From a virus (Duplodnaviria; Heunggongvirae; Uroviricota; Caudoviricetes), in IMG/VR virus record IMGVR_UViG_3300037400_003300, positions 16,273 through 80,272 of that record: a DNA stretch of 64,000 bases; one strand, 5' to 3'. Positions 36,049 to 45,455 of the stretch are shown piece by piece (within the stretch, counting starts at the first letter, position 1; every line of letters starts with the position of its first letter). The notes below the pieces were generated by a model. The model saw only the letters and a program-made list of their open reading frames with translations. It ran no database searches and was not told the origin of the DNA. A program made the translations under genes and the position numbers.

Positions 36049-37599
36049 ATGGGCGGTAGGAAAAAGATAATGACCGATGTTCCGGTCGTTACTGCTGAAA
36101 ATATAATATCGATTATTCAAAAAGCAATCGGAGACCATAAAGAAAACGCTGCTAAGATACAGGAATTATTTGATTTTGAAGAGGGCTTTCAGCCACTTCA
36201 AAGAGTGAAGGTGTATCGAAGCGATATTGATATAGATGTGACTGATAACGTAGCTAATGAGATTGTTGAGTTTAAAGTTGCTCTAAACTATGGAAATCCT
36301 ATTTCTTTTAAGAAACGTGGATCTGTAGATGGGATGATTGAAGCAATCGAGATGTGGAATGACCAGTATTTCCTTACGGATTCAGATTCAAGCAATCAGG
36401 AACTTGCAAGAGATTTTGAAATCTGCGGTATTGGAAATGTTTTTATTGATATAAATACTGATTATGAGGAAGGCGATTCTTACTACACAAGAACAATCTT
36501 AAATCCAAGGACTTCATTTGTTATTTACTCATCATATTACTATGACCGCAGACCGATGGTAGGTGTAACGTTCCGTAAAGATTCAGATGGAGTAACGCAT
36601 TACACGGCATTTTCTAAGGATTTCAGATTTGAGATAAAGTATTGGATAATCCAGAATCCGGGGAAAGAAGATGAACCGGTCTGGGCGCATGAGGATAGGA
36701 GTGGAGAAGTAAATCCACTTCATGCGATACCTATTATCGAATATTTTAGAAGTTATGACAGAATGGGATGCTTTGAAAGGCAGATTCCCGCAATGAACAA
36801 CCTTAACCTGCTTGTTTCTGACTTCTCGAATGACGTAGACCAGAACACACAGGTTGTATGGTGGGCAAATGATTGTGAGTTTGAGACCATACAGGTTGTA
36901 AATGAGGATGGGACTGTTACTGAGCAGGTAAAACATCCAAAATCTAACGAATGGCTTCAGACATTTACAACAAGAGATGGCAAGATACCGAAAGTTCAGC
37001 CACTTATCGTTAATTACGATTACGCGGGAATGCTGAATAATTATATGTCTCAGAGAGCATTGATACTCCAGAAGTGTAATGTGCCTCAGAGAAATGATAA
37101 TTCCGGAGGAAGCACAGGTGTTGCAATGAGTGATGCTACCGGATGGAGTGCAGCTGATATTGCGGCAAATAAAGAGGAAATGATTATCTCTAAGAGTATC
37201 AGACGGGAGATAAAAGTTATCTGTGCTGCGATAAGAGAAAGCGCATGTCCTTTGGACAGTCCACTTAGAAAGATTAAGCCATCCGATATTGAGCCAAGCA
37301 TAAAGAGACAGAAGAATTATGAACTTTCAGTAAAGACAACGGCAATATCTAATCTGATTAATATTGGATTCAGTCTTGAAGATACGCTTGATGCTGTACC
37401 ACTGTTTCCAGATCCGGCACAGGTTATTGAGCGAAGTAAAGAAGGTGTGGAAGCATATCAGAAAACAAAACTTAAGCAATCCGAAAAGAGTGAAGAAAAA
37501 GAAGCAACGCCCGGTTCAGACGATCCCATATATCAGATTGAGAACAGCCCTAATATAGATGGAATGAACACAGATAATGGCGAAGAGGATGAAAATTGA
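36049..37599 (+). CDS. portal protein
   Basis: 516 aa; position between terminase and head-morphogenesis genes. Confidence 0.65.
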   Translation: MGGRKKIMTDVPVVTAENIISIIQKAIGDHKENAAKIQELFDFEEGFQPLQRVKVYRSDIDIDVTDNVANEIVEFKVALNYGNPISFKKRGSVDGMIEAIEMWNDQYFLTDSDSSNQELARDFEICGIGNVFIDINTDYEEGDSYYTRTILNPRTSFVIYSSYYYDRRPMVGVTFRKDSDGVTHYTAFSKDFRFEIKYWIIQNPGKEDEPVWAHEDRSGEVNPLHAIPIIEYFRSYDRMGCFERQIPAMNNLNLLVSDFSNDVDQNTQVVWWANDCEFETIQVVNEDGTVTEQVKHPKSNEWLQTFTTRDGKIPKVQPLIVNYDYAGMLNNYMSQRALILQKCNVPQRNDNSGGSTGVAMSDATGWSAADIAANKEEMIISKSIRREIKVICAAIRESACPLDSPLRKIKPSDIEPSIKRQKNYELSVKTTAISNLINIGFSLEDTLDAVPLFPDPAQVIERSKEGVEAYQKTKLKQSEKSEEKEATPGSDDPIYQIENSPNIDGMNTDNGEEDEN

Positions 37600-38233
37600 T
37601 GAACTTAATATCTTAAGCAGTGAGAATACGCATGAAGAGGAGTCTTTTGATTATAAAGATTATATGGAGCATTACTTTGATACTATGCAAATCTCCGAGA
37701 AGCAAAAGAGAGAGCGTATTGAAGAAGCAAAAGAGATACTTGATGCAATCTTACTGTTTTTGATATGGTGCGAAGAAAATCCTGAGAACGTGCAAAGAGA
37801 AGATACAAAGCGCGATATGGAAAATCTTTACAAAGAAGTCATCTTTCAGAAAGTCGAGCCTGATGATTTTGTTGATATGTACGTTCTGTTCTTTATAAAC
37901 AATCTGGTAGAAGTAACAACGGAGAATGAAGGTGATGAATACTTCACATCTGTTGAAAGAGCTACAAAGATTGCATGTAATGAAGCAAACAGCGTTATCA
38001 ACTATTCAGAACTGCAAAGAGCCATTGAACAGGGATACACTTATAAGCAATGGCACACAGAGCTTGATGAGAAGGTTCGTGAGACTCATCAGGAGATGGA
38101 AGGTGTTACGATTCCTATAAACGAGCCGTTTTTTGTTGGTAATTCCAGGATGATGATGCCACATGACATAACAATGGGAGCGGATGCGAGAGAGATAGTT
38201 AATTGTAGGTGTTCACTTTCATTTTTGGATTAA
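37577..38233 (+). CDS. head morphogenesis protein (SPP1 gp7 / Mu F family)
   Basis: C-terminal REIVNCRCSL motif. Confidence 0.7.
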   Translation: MAKRMKIDELNILSSENTHEEESFDYKDYMEHYFDTMQISEKQKRERIEEAKEILDAILLFLIWCEENPENVQREDTKRDMENLYKEVIFQKVEPDDFVDMYVLFFINNLVEVTTENEGDEYFTSVERATKIACNEANSVINYSELQRAIEQGYTYKQWHTELDEKVRETHQEMEGVTIPINEPFFVGNSRMMMPHDITMGADAREIVNCRCSLSFLD

Positions 38234-38409
38234 TATGGTTCGGGACAGAGACGTTAAACCTGTTCGAGAAGTCGTAGAGCGCGACTATAAATAAGGCTCA
38301 ATCGTATGAATACCGAGAGCGGCGGTCATAATACCGCTTATAAAATGTAAACCTTTGAAAGCTATGATGCATATCATGGCTTTTTTTATTGCTCAAAAAG
38401 GAGAAGGTC

Positions 38410-38598
38410 ATGATTACAAGTATTCAAGCAAATAGCGCAAACGGTGTAGGACATTTAGCATGTGATACAGAAGCAGACCTTGCTAATCTTCCGGATTACG
38501 CAAAATCAAATAACTTGAAACAGGGGACTGACTGCATTGTTATTGATACATCCAACGTATACATGATGAAGTCGGATTATACCTTTAAGCAGATTTAA
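38410..38598 (+). CDS. hypothetical small protein
   Basis: RBS AAAGGAGAAGG. Confidence 0.35.
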   Translation: MITSIQANSANGVGHLACDTEADLANLPDYAKSNNLKQGTDCIVIDTSNVYMMKSDYTFKQI

Positions 38599-38609
38599 GG
38601 AGGAAAACT

Positions 38610-39032
38610 ATGGATGTTATATCGTATGTTCTCTCCAAACGAATAGCTGAAGGCGCAGTATCGGGCGTGGCAGAAATGACTGTTGATGGGCAGACCTTAA
38701 ATATAGAATGTACGGATGGAACACACCTGGAAATGGATTTTCCTATGCCTGCTGATGGTGCATCTATAACAGATGTTGAGATCATCTCAAATGGACATCT
38801 TATCTGCACGTTATCTAATGGGAATACGATTGATGCAGGGAAAGTCCCAGACGTACTTACAAGAATCGAGTCTGTCAGCGACATAGACGATGTTGAGCTT
38901 GACGCTCTTGCAGATGGGCAAGTTCTTTCGTGGGATGAAACAAGTGGCAAATGGACTAATAAGGATACTGGCGGTTCAGTAGATGAACTGACACAGGAAC
39001 AGGTAGAAAACCTGCTCTCAATAATACAATAA
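38610..39032 (+). CDS. tail-fibre-associated protein
   Basis: AGGAGG RBS; in tail-fibre-like module. Confidence 0.4.
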   Translation: MDVISYVLSKRIAEGAVSGVAEMTVDGQTLNIECTDGTHLEMDFPMPADGASITDVEIISNGHLICTLSNGNTIDAGKVPDVLTRIESVSDIDDVELDALADGQVLSWDETSGKWTNKDTGGSVDELTQEQVENLLSIIQ

Positions 39033-39042
39033 AGGAGAAAAT

Positions 39043-39702
39043 GTGATGGCAAATTTTGTTTCTAATGACAATATGACCGAATTGATGAATGGTATTGCAA
39101 CAAAGTTTAATAGTCTTGGAGGAGCATGGAAGTTCAGAGGTTCTGTTACATTCGCTAATCTTCCATCAACTATCACCCCTGCAATGGCAGGTTATCTTTA
39201 CAACGTGACCAATGACTTTACAACAGATGCTAGATTCGTTGAGGGTGCAGGCAAGAAATACAAAGCAGGAACCAATGTAGCAGTTGCAGATTTGACTACA
39301 TATTCAGCTGTAACACCGGTTGGTTCAGAAGATCCTTCATCGGAAGGCTGGTATGAGCTTATCAATGGAAAATACATTCTTTCAACAGATACAGTAGTTG
39401 ATAGTGAAAAGACATATTACAGTGCTGTAGTAGATGTGAAGTTTGATGTAGCGGGTTCTTTTGAAGATTTAGAGAATGTCTACAACATGATCGCAGGTAC
39501 ATTTGATGATACAGAGCCTTACAGCACTGGCGATGTTGTAATTTATGAGGGTGGCCTTTACAAATTTAAAGCGGATCATGCAGCAGGGGCTTGGGATGTT
39601 TCTGAGGTTGATAGTACAAAAGTTGCAGACCTTGTTACAGCAGCAGAACCAGACAGCCTTACGCCTGCACAAATCAATGCGTTGTTAGCACTTCTTGATT
39701 AA
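39043..39702 (+). CDS. tail fibre-like protein (paralog of 59552..61003 N-terminal region)
   Basis: shared FxxLPS...G.LYNVTxxFTT...EGAGxxYxAGTNV and ...GKTYY segments. Confidence 0.5.
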   Translation: MMANFVSNDNMTELMNGIATKFNSLGGAWKFRGSVTFANLPSTITPAMAGYLYNVTNDFTTDARFVEGAGKKYKAGTNVAVADLTTYSAVTPVGSEDPSSEGWYELINGKYILSTDTVVDSEKTYYSAVVDVKFDVAGSFEDLENVYNMIAGTFDDTEPYSTGDVVIYEGGLYKFKADHAAGAWDVSEVDSTKVADLVTAAEPDSLTPAQINALLALLD

Positions 39703-39713
39703 GAGGGAAAGAT

Positions 39714-40166
39714 ATGAGTCTAAAAAACTATATGGCTTATGGGGATGCTGAAACCATCCTCACAAGCTATGCAAATAGAATAAAGCAAAGTCCTACGACA
39801 TTTGTTGGAACAACGGCAGAGTGGAATGCACTATCAGCTTCAGAAAAAGCAGAATATGTCCTTGTAGACATTACTGACGATGAGAGTTCACTTTCAGGAA
39901 TGCCAAGATTTCCAGATTATTCTAATCAGATTACAGTTGATGGAAGCCCTTGGACAGCTACAGAAGATTGTTATATTACTTATACATTATGCAATAGTGT
40001 ATACAGTACAGATAACAGGCTTCAGATTGATGGAAATGTTGTTAGTACCTATAGTAGCGCAGGTGGAACTTATGTACATCAATTCAATGGTTATGTTAGA
40101 GAAGGTCAGATAATATCTGCGGATGACGTTTATAGTCTTAGAGTATTTCCGCTACTAGGAGATTAA
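39714..40166 (+). CDS. hypothetical structural protein
   Basis: ORF track. Confidence 0.4.
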   Translation: MSLKNYMAYGDAETILTSYANRIKQSPTTFVGTTAEWNALSASEKAEYVLVDITDDESSLSGMPRFPDYSNQITVDGSPWTATEDCYITYTLCNSVYSTDNRLQIDGNVVSTYSSAGGTYVHQFNGYVREGQIISADDVYSLRVFPLLGD

Positions 40167-40180
40167 GGAAGGAAAAGACA

Positions 40181-42142
40181 ATGGGATTATATAAGAATAA
40201 TAATGGTGTTTTAATTCCCATAGCAGGGCGCGGAAAAGCGGAATATGGAGCAAGCACTACAAGAAGAAATACTTGGACAAATAGCGAAGCTATAAATCCG
40301 GATTCAAGTATTGCCTTTTCTGTATCATTCGATGTACCGATGCCTGATGATAATTATGAGGTCGATTGGACTTGCAGTGCAAGCGCATTACACCCTGTTA
40401 TAGAAGGAAAGACAGCAAGTGGTTTTACAGGTCATGCATATAGGCTTATATCTCCTGCGGTAGAAATCGGGAATGGTGTTATCAATTTTACAGCATTCAG
40501 ACTATATACGGATCTTGAATACAACGAACTTTTAGATGATACTTCCGGGTTAATAAAAAACACCTCAGAGATGGGAGCTGTCAACCTATTTGAGACCACT
40601 TTAAAAAGTCAGAGGTACAATAAGGTAATCTATTCAGTTAATGCCGATGGAACAATTGGCATTGAGGTACTTGAAAGACCTACAGGAAGTACCGGAAATA
40701 TTATTGGGTGGATTGAGGTAAAGGCAGGAGAGACTTATAAGCTCACAGGTGGAATATCTGAAACCGAAAGACTTGAACTTAGGAATGCCGATTATAGTGC
40801 GTGGACAAATAATACAGCAGGTAAGACTGTTTCTTCTCCGGTTGTAGCCACAAACATTGATACATTTATGCCTAATGATGATGCTACTATAATGGTTTAT
40901 TGCCGCATAGATGAAACAGGCAACACCGGAAATGTCGGCACTTTAGAGCCTATGATAAGATTTGCTTCCTTTTTGGAGGACACTTTCTTACCGTATGCAA
41001 AGACCAATAGGCTTTTGACAGTAGAAACAGATGAATTATTCGATAACGCCTCTATGCTCAAAGGCATGACAGCAATAACAGTTCAGACGGATCTTGATGA
41101 TGTTACTACTTTAGGCAATTACTATAAATCAAGCACATCTATATATGTGACTAATGCTCCGACAGGAATCGATTCAGAGACAAGTGCGATATTCAGGCTT
41201 AATGTTGAGAACGGTTCTGATTCTACAGATAAATACATACAGACAATCATCAAGAATGATGGGACAACCTACAAAAGAGGTTATGACGGAACGAATTGGA
41301 GCAGCTGGATAGAGTTTGCTTCAAGTGCCACTGTTTCAAGCATAAATACAAGGCTTACCGCAGCTGAAACAGATATAGACAACCTTGAATCAAGTAGATT
41401 AAAGACATATACGTCTGATGCAACGGCATGGGACACGGTGCCTACATCTTTAAGCGTAAAGCCTGTTACAAGTGGCGGCATAAAGACTGCGCTTGATAAT
41501 AAGCTTGCTACATATGCAGGTGATGATACAGCTTGGGACACAACCCCTACAGCGAACAGCACAAACCCTGTTACAAGTGGCGGCGTAAAGACTCAGATTG
41601 ACACTATCAACGGCAACAAGGCTAATCAGACTGTCATAGCAACAAGGCAGGCTAATCTTGTCGCTTCAAGAAGGTACGAGATCGGAGATCAGTTCATTTA
41701 CAATAACACTCTGTATAAAGCTACACAGGTTATTGAGCCAAACACAAATATCAATATCGCGGCAGGTGGAAATGCTACAACGGCAGACAATATTAGTTCG
41801 CAAATTAGCAATTTAGGGAATTACTCAACAACTGAACATTTAACAGGCAAATATTGGGTAGGTGGGAAACCGATATATAGAAAAGTAGTTAATTTTGGTA
41901 TGTTACCGAATAATACAGTTAAAACAGTAAATCATAATGTTTCTGGTATTTCTGATTGGGTATCTTTTTATGGTATAACATGGAACAATGCGAAAACTAG
42001 CATGGTATTACCTCATGTTGATTTTGATTCTTCATATTCTGTTGCGCTTTGGGTTACTTCAACAGCTATTACAATAAAAACAGGGCAAAATAGAAATGAA
42101 TTTTCAGAATGCTATGTGATACTTGAATATACCAAAACGTAA
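40181..42142 (+). CDS. tail fibre / receptor-binding protein with invertible C-terminal segment
   Basis: AWDTxPTxxSxxPVTSGG(I/V)KT repeats; inverted repeat at 41797 lies inside the gene. Confidence 0.6.
   Translation: MGLYKNNNGVLIPIAGRGKAEYGASTTRRNTWTNSEAINPDSSIAFSVSFDVPMPDDNYEVDWTCSASALHPVIEGKTASGFTGHAYRLISPAVEIGNGVINFTAFRLYTDLEYNELLDDTSGLIKNTSEMGAVNLFETTLKSQRYNKVIYSVNADGTIGIEVLERPTGSTGNIIGWIEVKAGETYKLTGGISETERLELRNADYSAWTNNTAGKTVSSPVVATNIDTFMPNDDATIMVYCRIDETGNTGNVGTLEPMIRFASFLEDTFLPYAKTNRLLTVETDELFDNASMLKGMTAITVQTDLDDVTTLGNYYKSSTSIYVTNAPTGIDSETSAIFRLNVENGSDSTDKYIQTIIKNDGTTYKRGYDGTNWSSWIEFASSATVSSINTRLTAAETDIDNLESSRLKTYTSDATAWDTVPTSLSVKPVTSGGIKTALDNKLATYAGDDTAWDTTPTANSTNPVTSGGVKTQIDTINGNKANQTVIATRQANLVASRRYEIGDQFIYNNTLYKATQVIEPNTNINIAAGGNATTADNISSQISNLGNYSTTEHLTGKYWVGGKPIYRKVVNFGMLPNNTVKTVNHNVSGISDWVSFYGITWNNAKTSMVLPHVDFDSSYSVALWVTSTAITIKTGQNRNEFSECYVILEYTKT
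41797..41814. repeat. inversion site IR1-L TTCGCAAATTAGCAATTT
   Basis: 18/18 match to the reverse complement of 42399-42416. Confidence 0.7.
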
Positions 42143-42400
42143 TTAAACTTTTATGCAAACAATACCAGCACTCATTGTTACATTGTTAGCCCCACTTACC
42201 ACCTTTGTACATTGAACATCAACATAATTACTCACTACATGTATTGCAGAAAAAACAACTGTCCAGTCGTTTGTGCTAAAAGCAAGCAATGAATGATAGG
42301 CGTAACCACTTGGAACATATAATCTTACAGATATGGTGTTTCCTAGATTCATGTTGTTGTATGTGGTATCGCCTATTACGGTTTTAAAGCGATTGGTCAA
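42143..42400 (-). CDS. alternative tail-fibre C-terminal cassette (promoterless, inverted)
   Basis: no own N-terminus; the IR encodes SQISNL in the same frame as in the + gene. Confidence 0.55.
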   Translation of the reverse strand: MTNRFKTVIGDTTYNNMNLGNTISVRLYVPSGYAYHSLLAFSTNDWTVVFSAIHVVSNYVDVQCTKVVSGANNVTMSAGIVCIKV

Positions 42401-42416
42401 ATTGCTAATTTGCGAA
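42399..42416. repeat. inversion site IR1-R (reverse complement of IR1-L)
   Basis: AAATTGCTAATTTGCGAA. Confidence 0.7.
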
Positions 42417-42483
42417 ATAAATAAAAATCGAATTAGATAAAAAAATGCATTCTAAAATAAAGACTTTTATAAAGGAGAAAAAA

Positions 42484-42747
42484 ATGAAAACAAAATTTTA
42501 TACTCTTATTATCAAGACTTATGATAATGGAGCCGATGACAAAACATCGTTGTATACGTATGACACATTCGATGAAGCGATTTCCGCAGCTCATACTCAG
42601 TGGGGACAGAACGTCGGTGCTGACACGATAGCAAGAGTTATGGCAAAGGTAACTAGCAGTTACGGAGTAGATTATCCTCTTCATACGCTGTATTGGGAGA
42701 AGCCCCAGCCCCAGCCTGAAGAAGAGGAAGAGGAAACTTCAGAGTGA
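42484..42747 (+). CDS. hypothetical protein with acidic PQPQPEEEEEE tail
   Basis: AAAGGAGAAAAA RBS. Confidence 0.4.
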   Translation: MKTKFYTLIIKTYDNGADDKTSLYTYDTFDEAISAAHTQWGQNVGADTIARVMAKVTSSYGVDYPLHTLYWEKPQPQPEEEEEETSE

Positions 42748-42880
42748 TTCTTATAAAAAGGTAAAGAATTTATAAGAAACCTCTGCTATGTATATGCTAA
42801 TAATTTGCAGAACAGAAAACTCATTTCATTATGAAAAAAATATGATGCCCCTTGTCGATATAATAAGGCAGGAGGTGCTT

Positions 42881-43867
42881 ATGGAAGAAGTAATTAATAA
42901 AATCGTAAATGCAATGGATGATTTAACACCAGAGCAGATCAGAAAATTAAGGAATGTGTTGGTTATTAATTTGAATAATCAACCAAGTCAAAAAAATGAA
43001 GTGAGTATAGGGATTGAGAATTGGGAGCAGATTATTAAGAATTATCTAGGATGTAAAAAACTTGAAAACTGTGCAGATGGAACCATTATGAACTATCGAA
43101 GAATTTTAAGGATAATGTATTCTGAGATTGGAAAATCAATAAAAGATATAACGTCTAATGATTTGAGATTTTTTATGGCTAAGTATATAGAAGAAAGAAA
43201 AATCTCGATGCAATATTCAGAGAACATTAGGCATATTTTGAATGGATTCTTCAGATGGTGTCAAGATGAAGAAATAATCCAGTCGAATCCGGCGAGAAAG
43301 CTTCAAAGGATAAAAGTTCCAAAGCTAATAAAGAAACCTTATACAGCAGAGGAAAGACTTAAACTTACAAGAACAGCAAAGTGCATGAGAGACATGGCAA
43401 TCATGGAAGTTTTGTATAGCACTGCGGGCAGACTTGGAGAAATCCTTGCTTTGAATAGAGAGGATGTAAAGTTTATTGGTAACAAAGCGGAAATCATAAT
43501 ATATGGACAGAAAGGCAAGGCAGAGAGAAAAGTCTTTCTTACAGAGCAAAGTGTTTATTATCTGAAGAGTTACCTTGAAAGTCGAACAGATAATGATCCT
43601 GCATTATTTGTATCTTTAAGAAAGCCATTCCATAGGATTGATGAAAGAGCAGTTCAGTTAATGATTAAGAATCTCGGAGAACGATGCGGAGTTGTTGCAC
43701 ATCCACATAAGTTCAGAAGGACTCTATTAACTGATATGAGTAAACGTGGAGCAAATATTCAGGACATAAAGGAATATGCCGGACATGTGAAGATTGAAAC
43801 GACCATGCTCTATGTTTCGACCAATGAAGAGTCAGTAAAAGCAGCATTTGATAGATGCATAAGCTAA
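42881..43867 (+). CDS. tyrosine recombinase (candidate invertase for the flanking invertible segments)
   Basis: GGAGGTG RBS; ...STAGRLGE (R), HKFRRT (HxxR), TTMLYV (Y). Confidence 0.75.
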   Translation: MEEVINKIVNAMDDLTPEQIRKLRNVLVINLNNQPSQKNEVSIGIENWEQIIKNYLGCKKLENCADGTIMNYRRILRIMYSEIGKSIKDITSNDLRFFMAKYIEERKISMQYSENIRHILNGFFRWCQDEEIIQSNPARKLQRIKVPKLIKKPYTAEERLKLTRTAKCMRDMAIMEVLYSTAGRLGEILALNREDVKFIGNKAEIIIYGQKGKAERKVFLTEQSVYYLKSYLESRTDNDPALFVSLRKPFHRIDERAVQLMIKNLGERCGVVAHPHKFRRTLLTDMSKRGANIQDIKEYAGHVKIETTMLYVSTNEESVKAAFDRCIS

Positions 43868-43912
43868 TGTAATGAACTCTTTTAGGCTGTCCGGAAGGAT
43901 GGCTTATTTTTC

Positions 43913-44254
43913 ATGCATTTTTTTAATGTGGTAAGGGACGTTAGAAAACATGCGCAATTTAGCAAATTTGCGAACGCTGGGGCGAAAGGAACTTATTTTA
44001 TTCTTGCTCTTAACGCAACATACACAGCAGGTTCCGATGGCTATTTGCAAATGTCTGCCAGTGCTCCTGCGGGTTCGGCAGTAATCGTTGAATTTTACGA
44101 TAGAAGTGGTGTCCATATGTTTACTGTGTTTGAGGTAACACCAGTCCAAAATATGGGCTCAAGCTCTGCTATATATGTTAAGAAAGGAATGATGTTTAAA
44201 GCCACAAGAATTGATGCTGGCGCACAGGCTATCTTCAATCCATTTAGTTATTGA
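43913..44254 (+). CDS. 113-aa protein with invertible C-terminal segment
   Basis: IR2-L at 43956 lies in codons AQFSKFAN. Confidence 0.5.
   Translation: MHFFNVVRDVRKHAQFSKFANAGAKGTYFILALNATYTAGSDGYLQMSASAPAGSAVIVEFYDRSGVHMFTVFEVTPVQNMGSSSAIYVKKGMMFKATRIDAGAQAIFNPFSY
43956..43975. repeat. inversion site IR2-L AATTTAGCAAATTTGCGAAC
   Basis: 20/20 reverse complement of 44493-44512. Confidence 0.7.
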
Positions 44255-44264
44255 TAACGTTTAT

Positions 44265-44492
44265 TTAAAGCCAAACCAAAAACCTCACTGCTATATTTGC
44301 GCTCTCGTTATTGAACGCTTGGCAAATTGAGCTTGCCCCTGAAGTATTTGAATTGTAATTAATAAAATACCTTGCTGTTTGCTGGCAAACACAAGTCATT
44401 CTGGATTTAGTACCGAAAAATTTTCCTGATGGGAGAAAATATTGCCCCCATGATTGAGGCGGCACTACAATCCAGTCTGAATCATAATCTGG
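44265..44492 (-). CDS. alternative C-terminal cassette for gene 43913 (inverted, promoterless)
   Basis: frame through the IR reads EFSKFAN, same as the + gene. Confidence 0.5.
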   Translation of the reverse strand, partial: PDYDSDWIVVPPQSWGQYFLPSGKFFGTKSRMTCVCQQTARYFINYNSNTSGASSICQAFNNESANIAVRFLVWL

Positions 44493-44512
44493 GTTCGCAA
44501 ATTTGCTAAATT
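44493..44512. repeat. inversion site IR2-R GTTCGCAAATTTGCTAAATT
   Basis: shares TTCGCAAATT core with IR1. Confidence 0.7.
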
Positions 44513-44595
44513 CCGTAATTAAAGTATTTATATAAAGAGCATAAAGATTGCTTTTAATTTTTTTAAAATCAAATGGATTAAAACAGGAATTAAAA

Positions 44596-44721
44596 TGCCA
44601 GTAAAGAAAGTAAAAGGTGGTTACAAATGGGGCGATAGCGGAAAAGTATACAAGAAAAAAGAAGATGCTTTAAAGCAAGGACGCGCCATAGAAGCCAATA
44701 AAAAGAAGAAAAAGCGTTGAA
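44596..44721 (+). CDS. small lysine-rich protein
   Basis: 41-aa ORF MPVKKVKGGYKWGDSGKVYKKKEDALKQGRAIEANKKKKKR. Confidence 0.3.
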
Positions 44722-44904
44722 CCTTTCAAGGTCAGATGGTACAGTATAGAAAAAGGTGCTACCCACGATAACGGTTAACCCGAAATAATGGTAATAATAC
44801 CCGCTAGTTTCTCAGGCTGGGCGGTTATTTTATTGCCTGATAATTTTTGAATATTAACAGGGATAAGACATTCCATTACGGAGTGTCTTTTTTGAGGGCA
44901 AAAT

Positions 44905-45243
44905 ATGTTTACAACAGGGCAGATTTGGGCTTTTTTTGTAGTACTTATAGGACTTATCCTTACGATATTAAACATCATAGAGAAAGTAATCCTTTTAAAA
45001 GCAAGGTCAAAAGAACCACAGGCTAAGTTAGAGAGCAGATTAGTGGCTCTTGAAACATGGAAATCAGAAGTGAATCAGAGACTTGATAAGGATGAAGAAC
45101 ACTTTGACAAGATTGACGAAGGTAACAAGGTAACACAGCAGGCTTTACTTGCGCTGATGGATGCCGCTTTGTCAGATGATGGAAGTAAAGGTGAACTGAA
45201 ATCAGCAAGAAAAGACCTCTATGAATATCTGTCAAAGAAATGA
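44905..45243 (+). CDS. membrane-anchored coiled-coil protein
   Basis: N-terminal TM helix. Confidence 0.4.
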   Translation: MFTTGQIWAFFVVLIGLILTILNIIEKVILLKARSKEPQAKLESRLVALETWKSEVNQRLDKDEEHFDKIDEGNKVTQQALLALMDAALSDDGSKGELKSARKDLYEYLSKK

Positions 45244-45455
45244 AAGGAGACACCATGAAACTTAGTGATTTCTTGGCTGCTTTAAAAAATCCTAATGTTC
45301 AGGTTGCAGTTACCGACTTGCAGGATGCTGAGATATGCAAGATTTTTGCTTCTTCTTATCCAGCGCTTGATGAATCGGTCAGCGAGAGAACAATAAACAG
45401 ATGGTCAATCAAAACAGCAACAAGTATAGAGATTGTGCTGAATGATGCTCCATAA
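45240..45455 (+). CDS. hypothetical protein
   Basis: ORF track. Confidence 0.35.
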   Translation: MKGDTMKLSDFLAALKNPNVQVAVTDLQDAEICKIFASSYPALDESVSERTINRWSIKTATSIEIVLNDAP

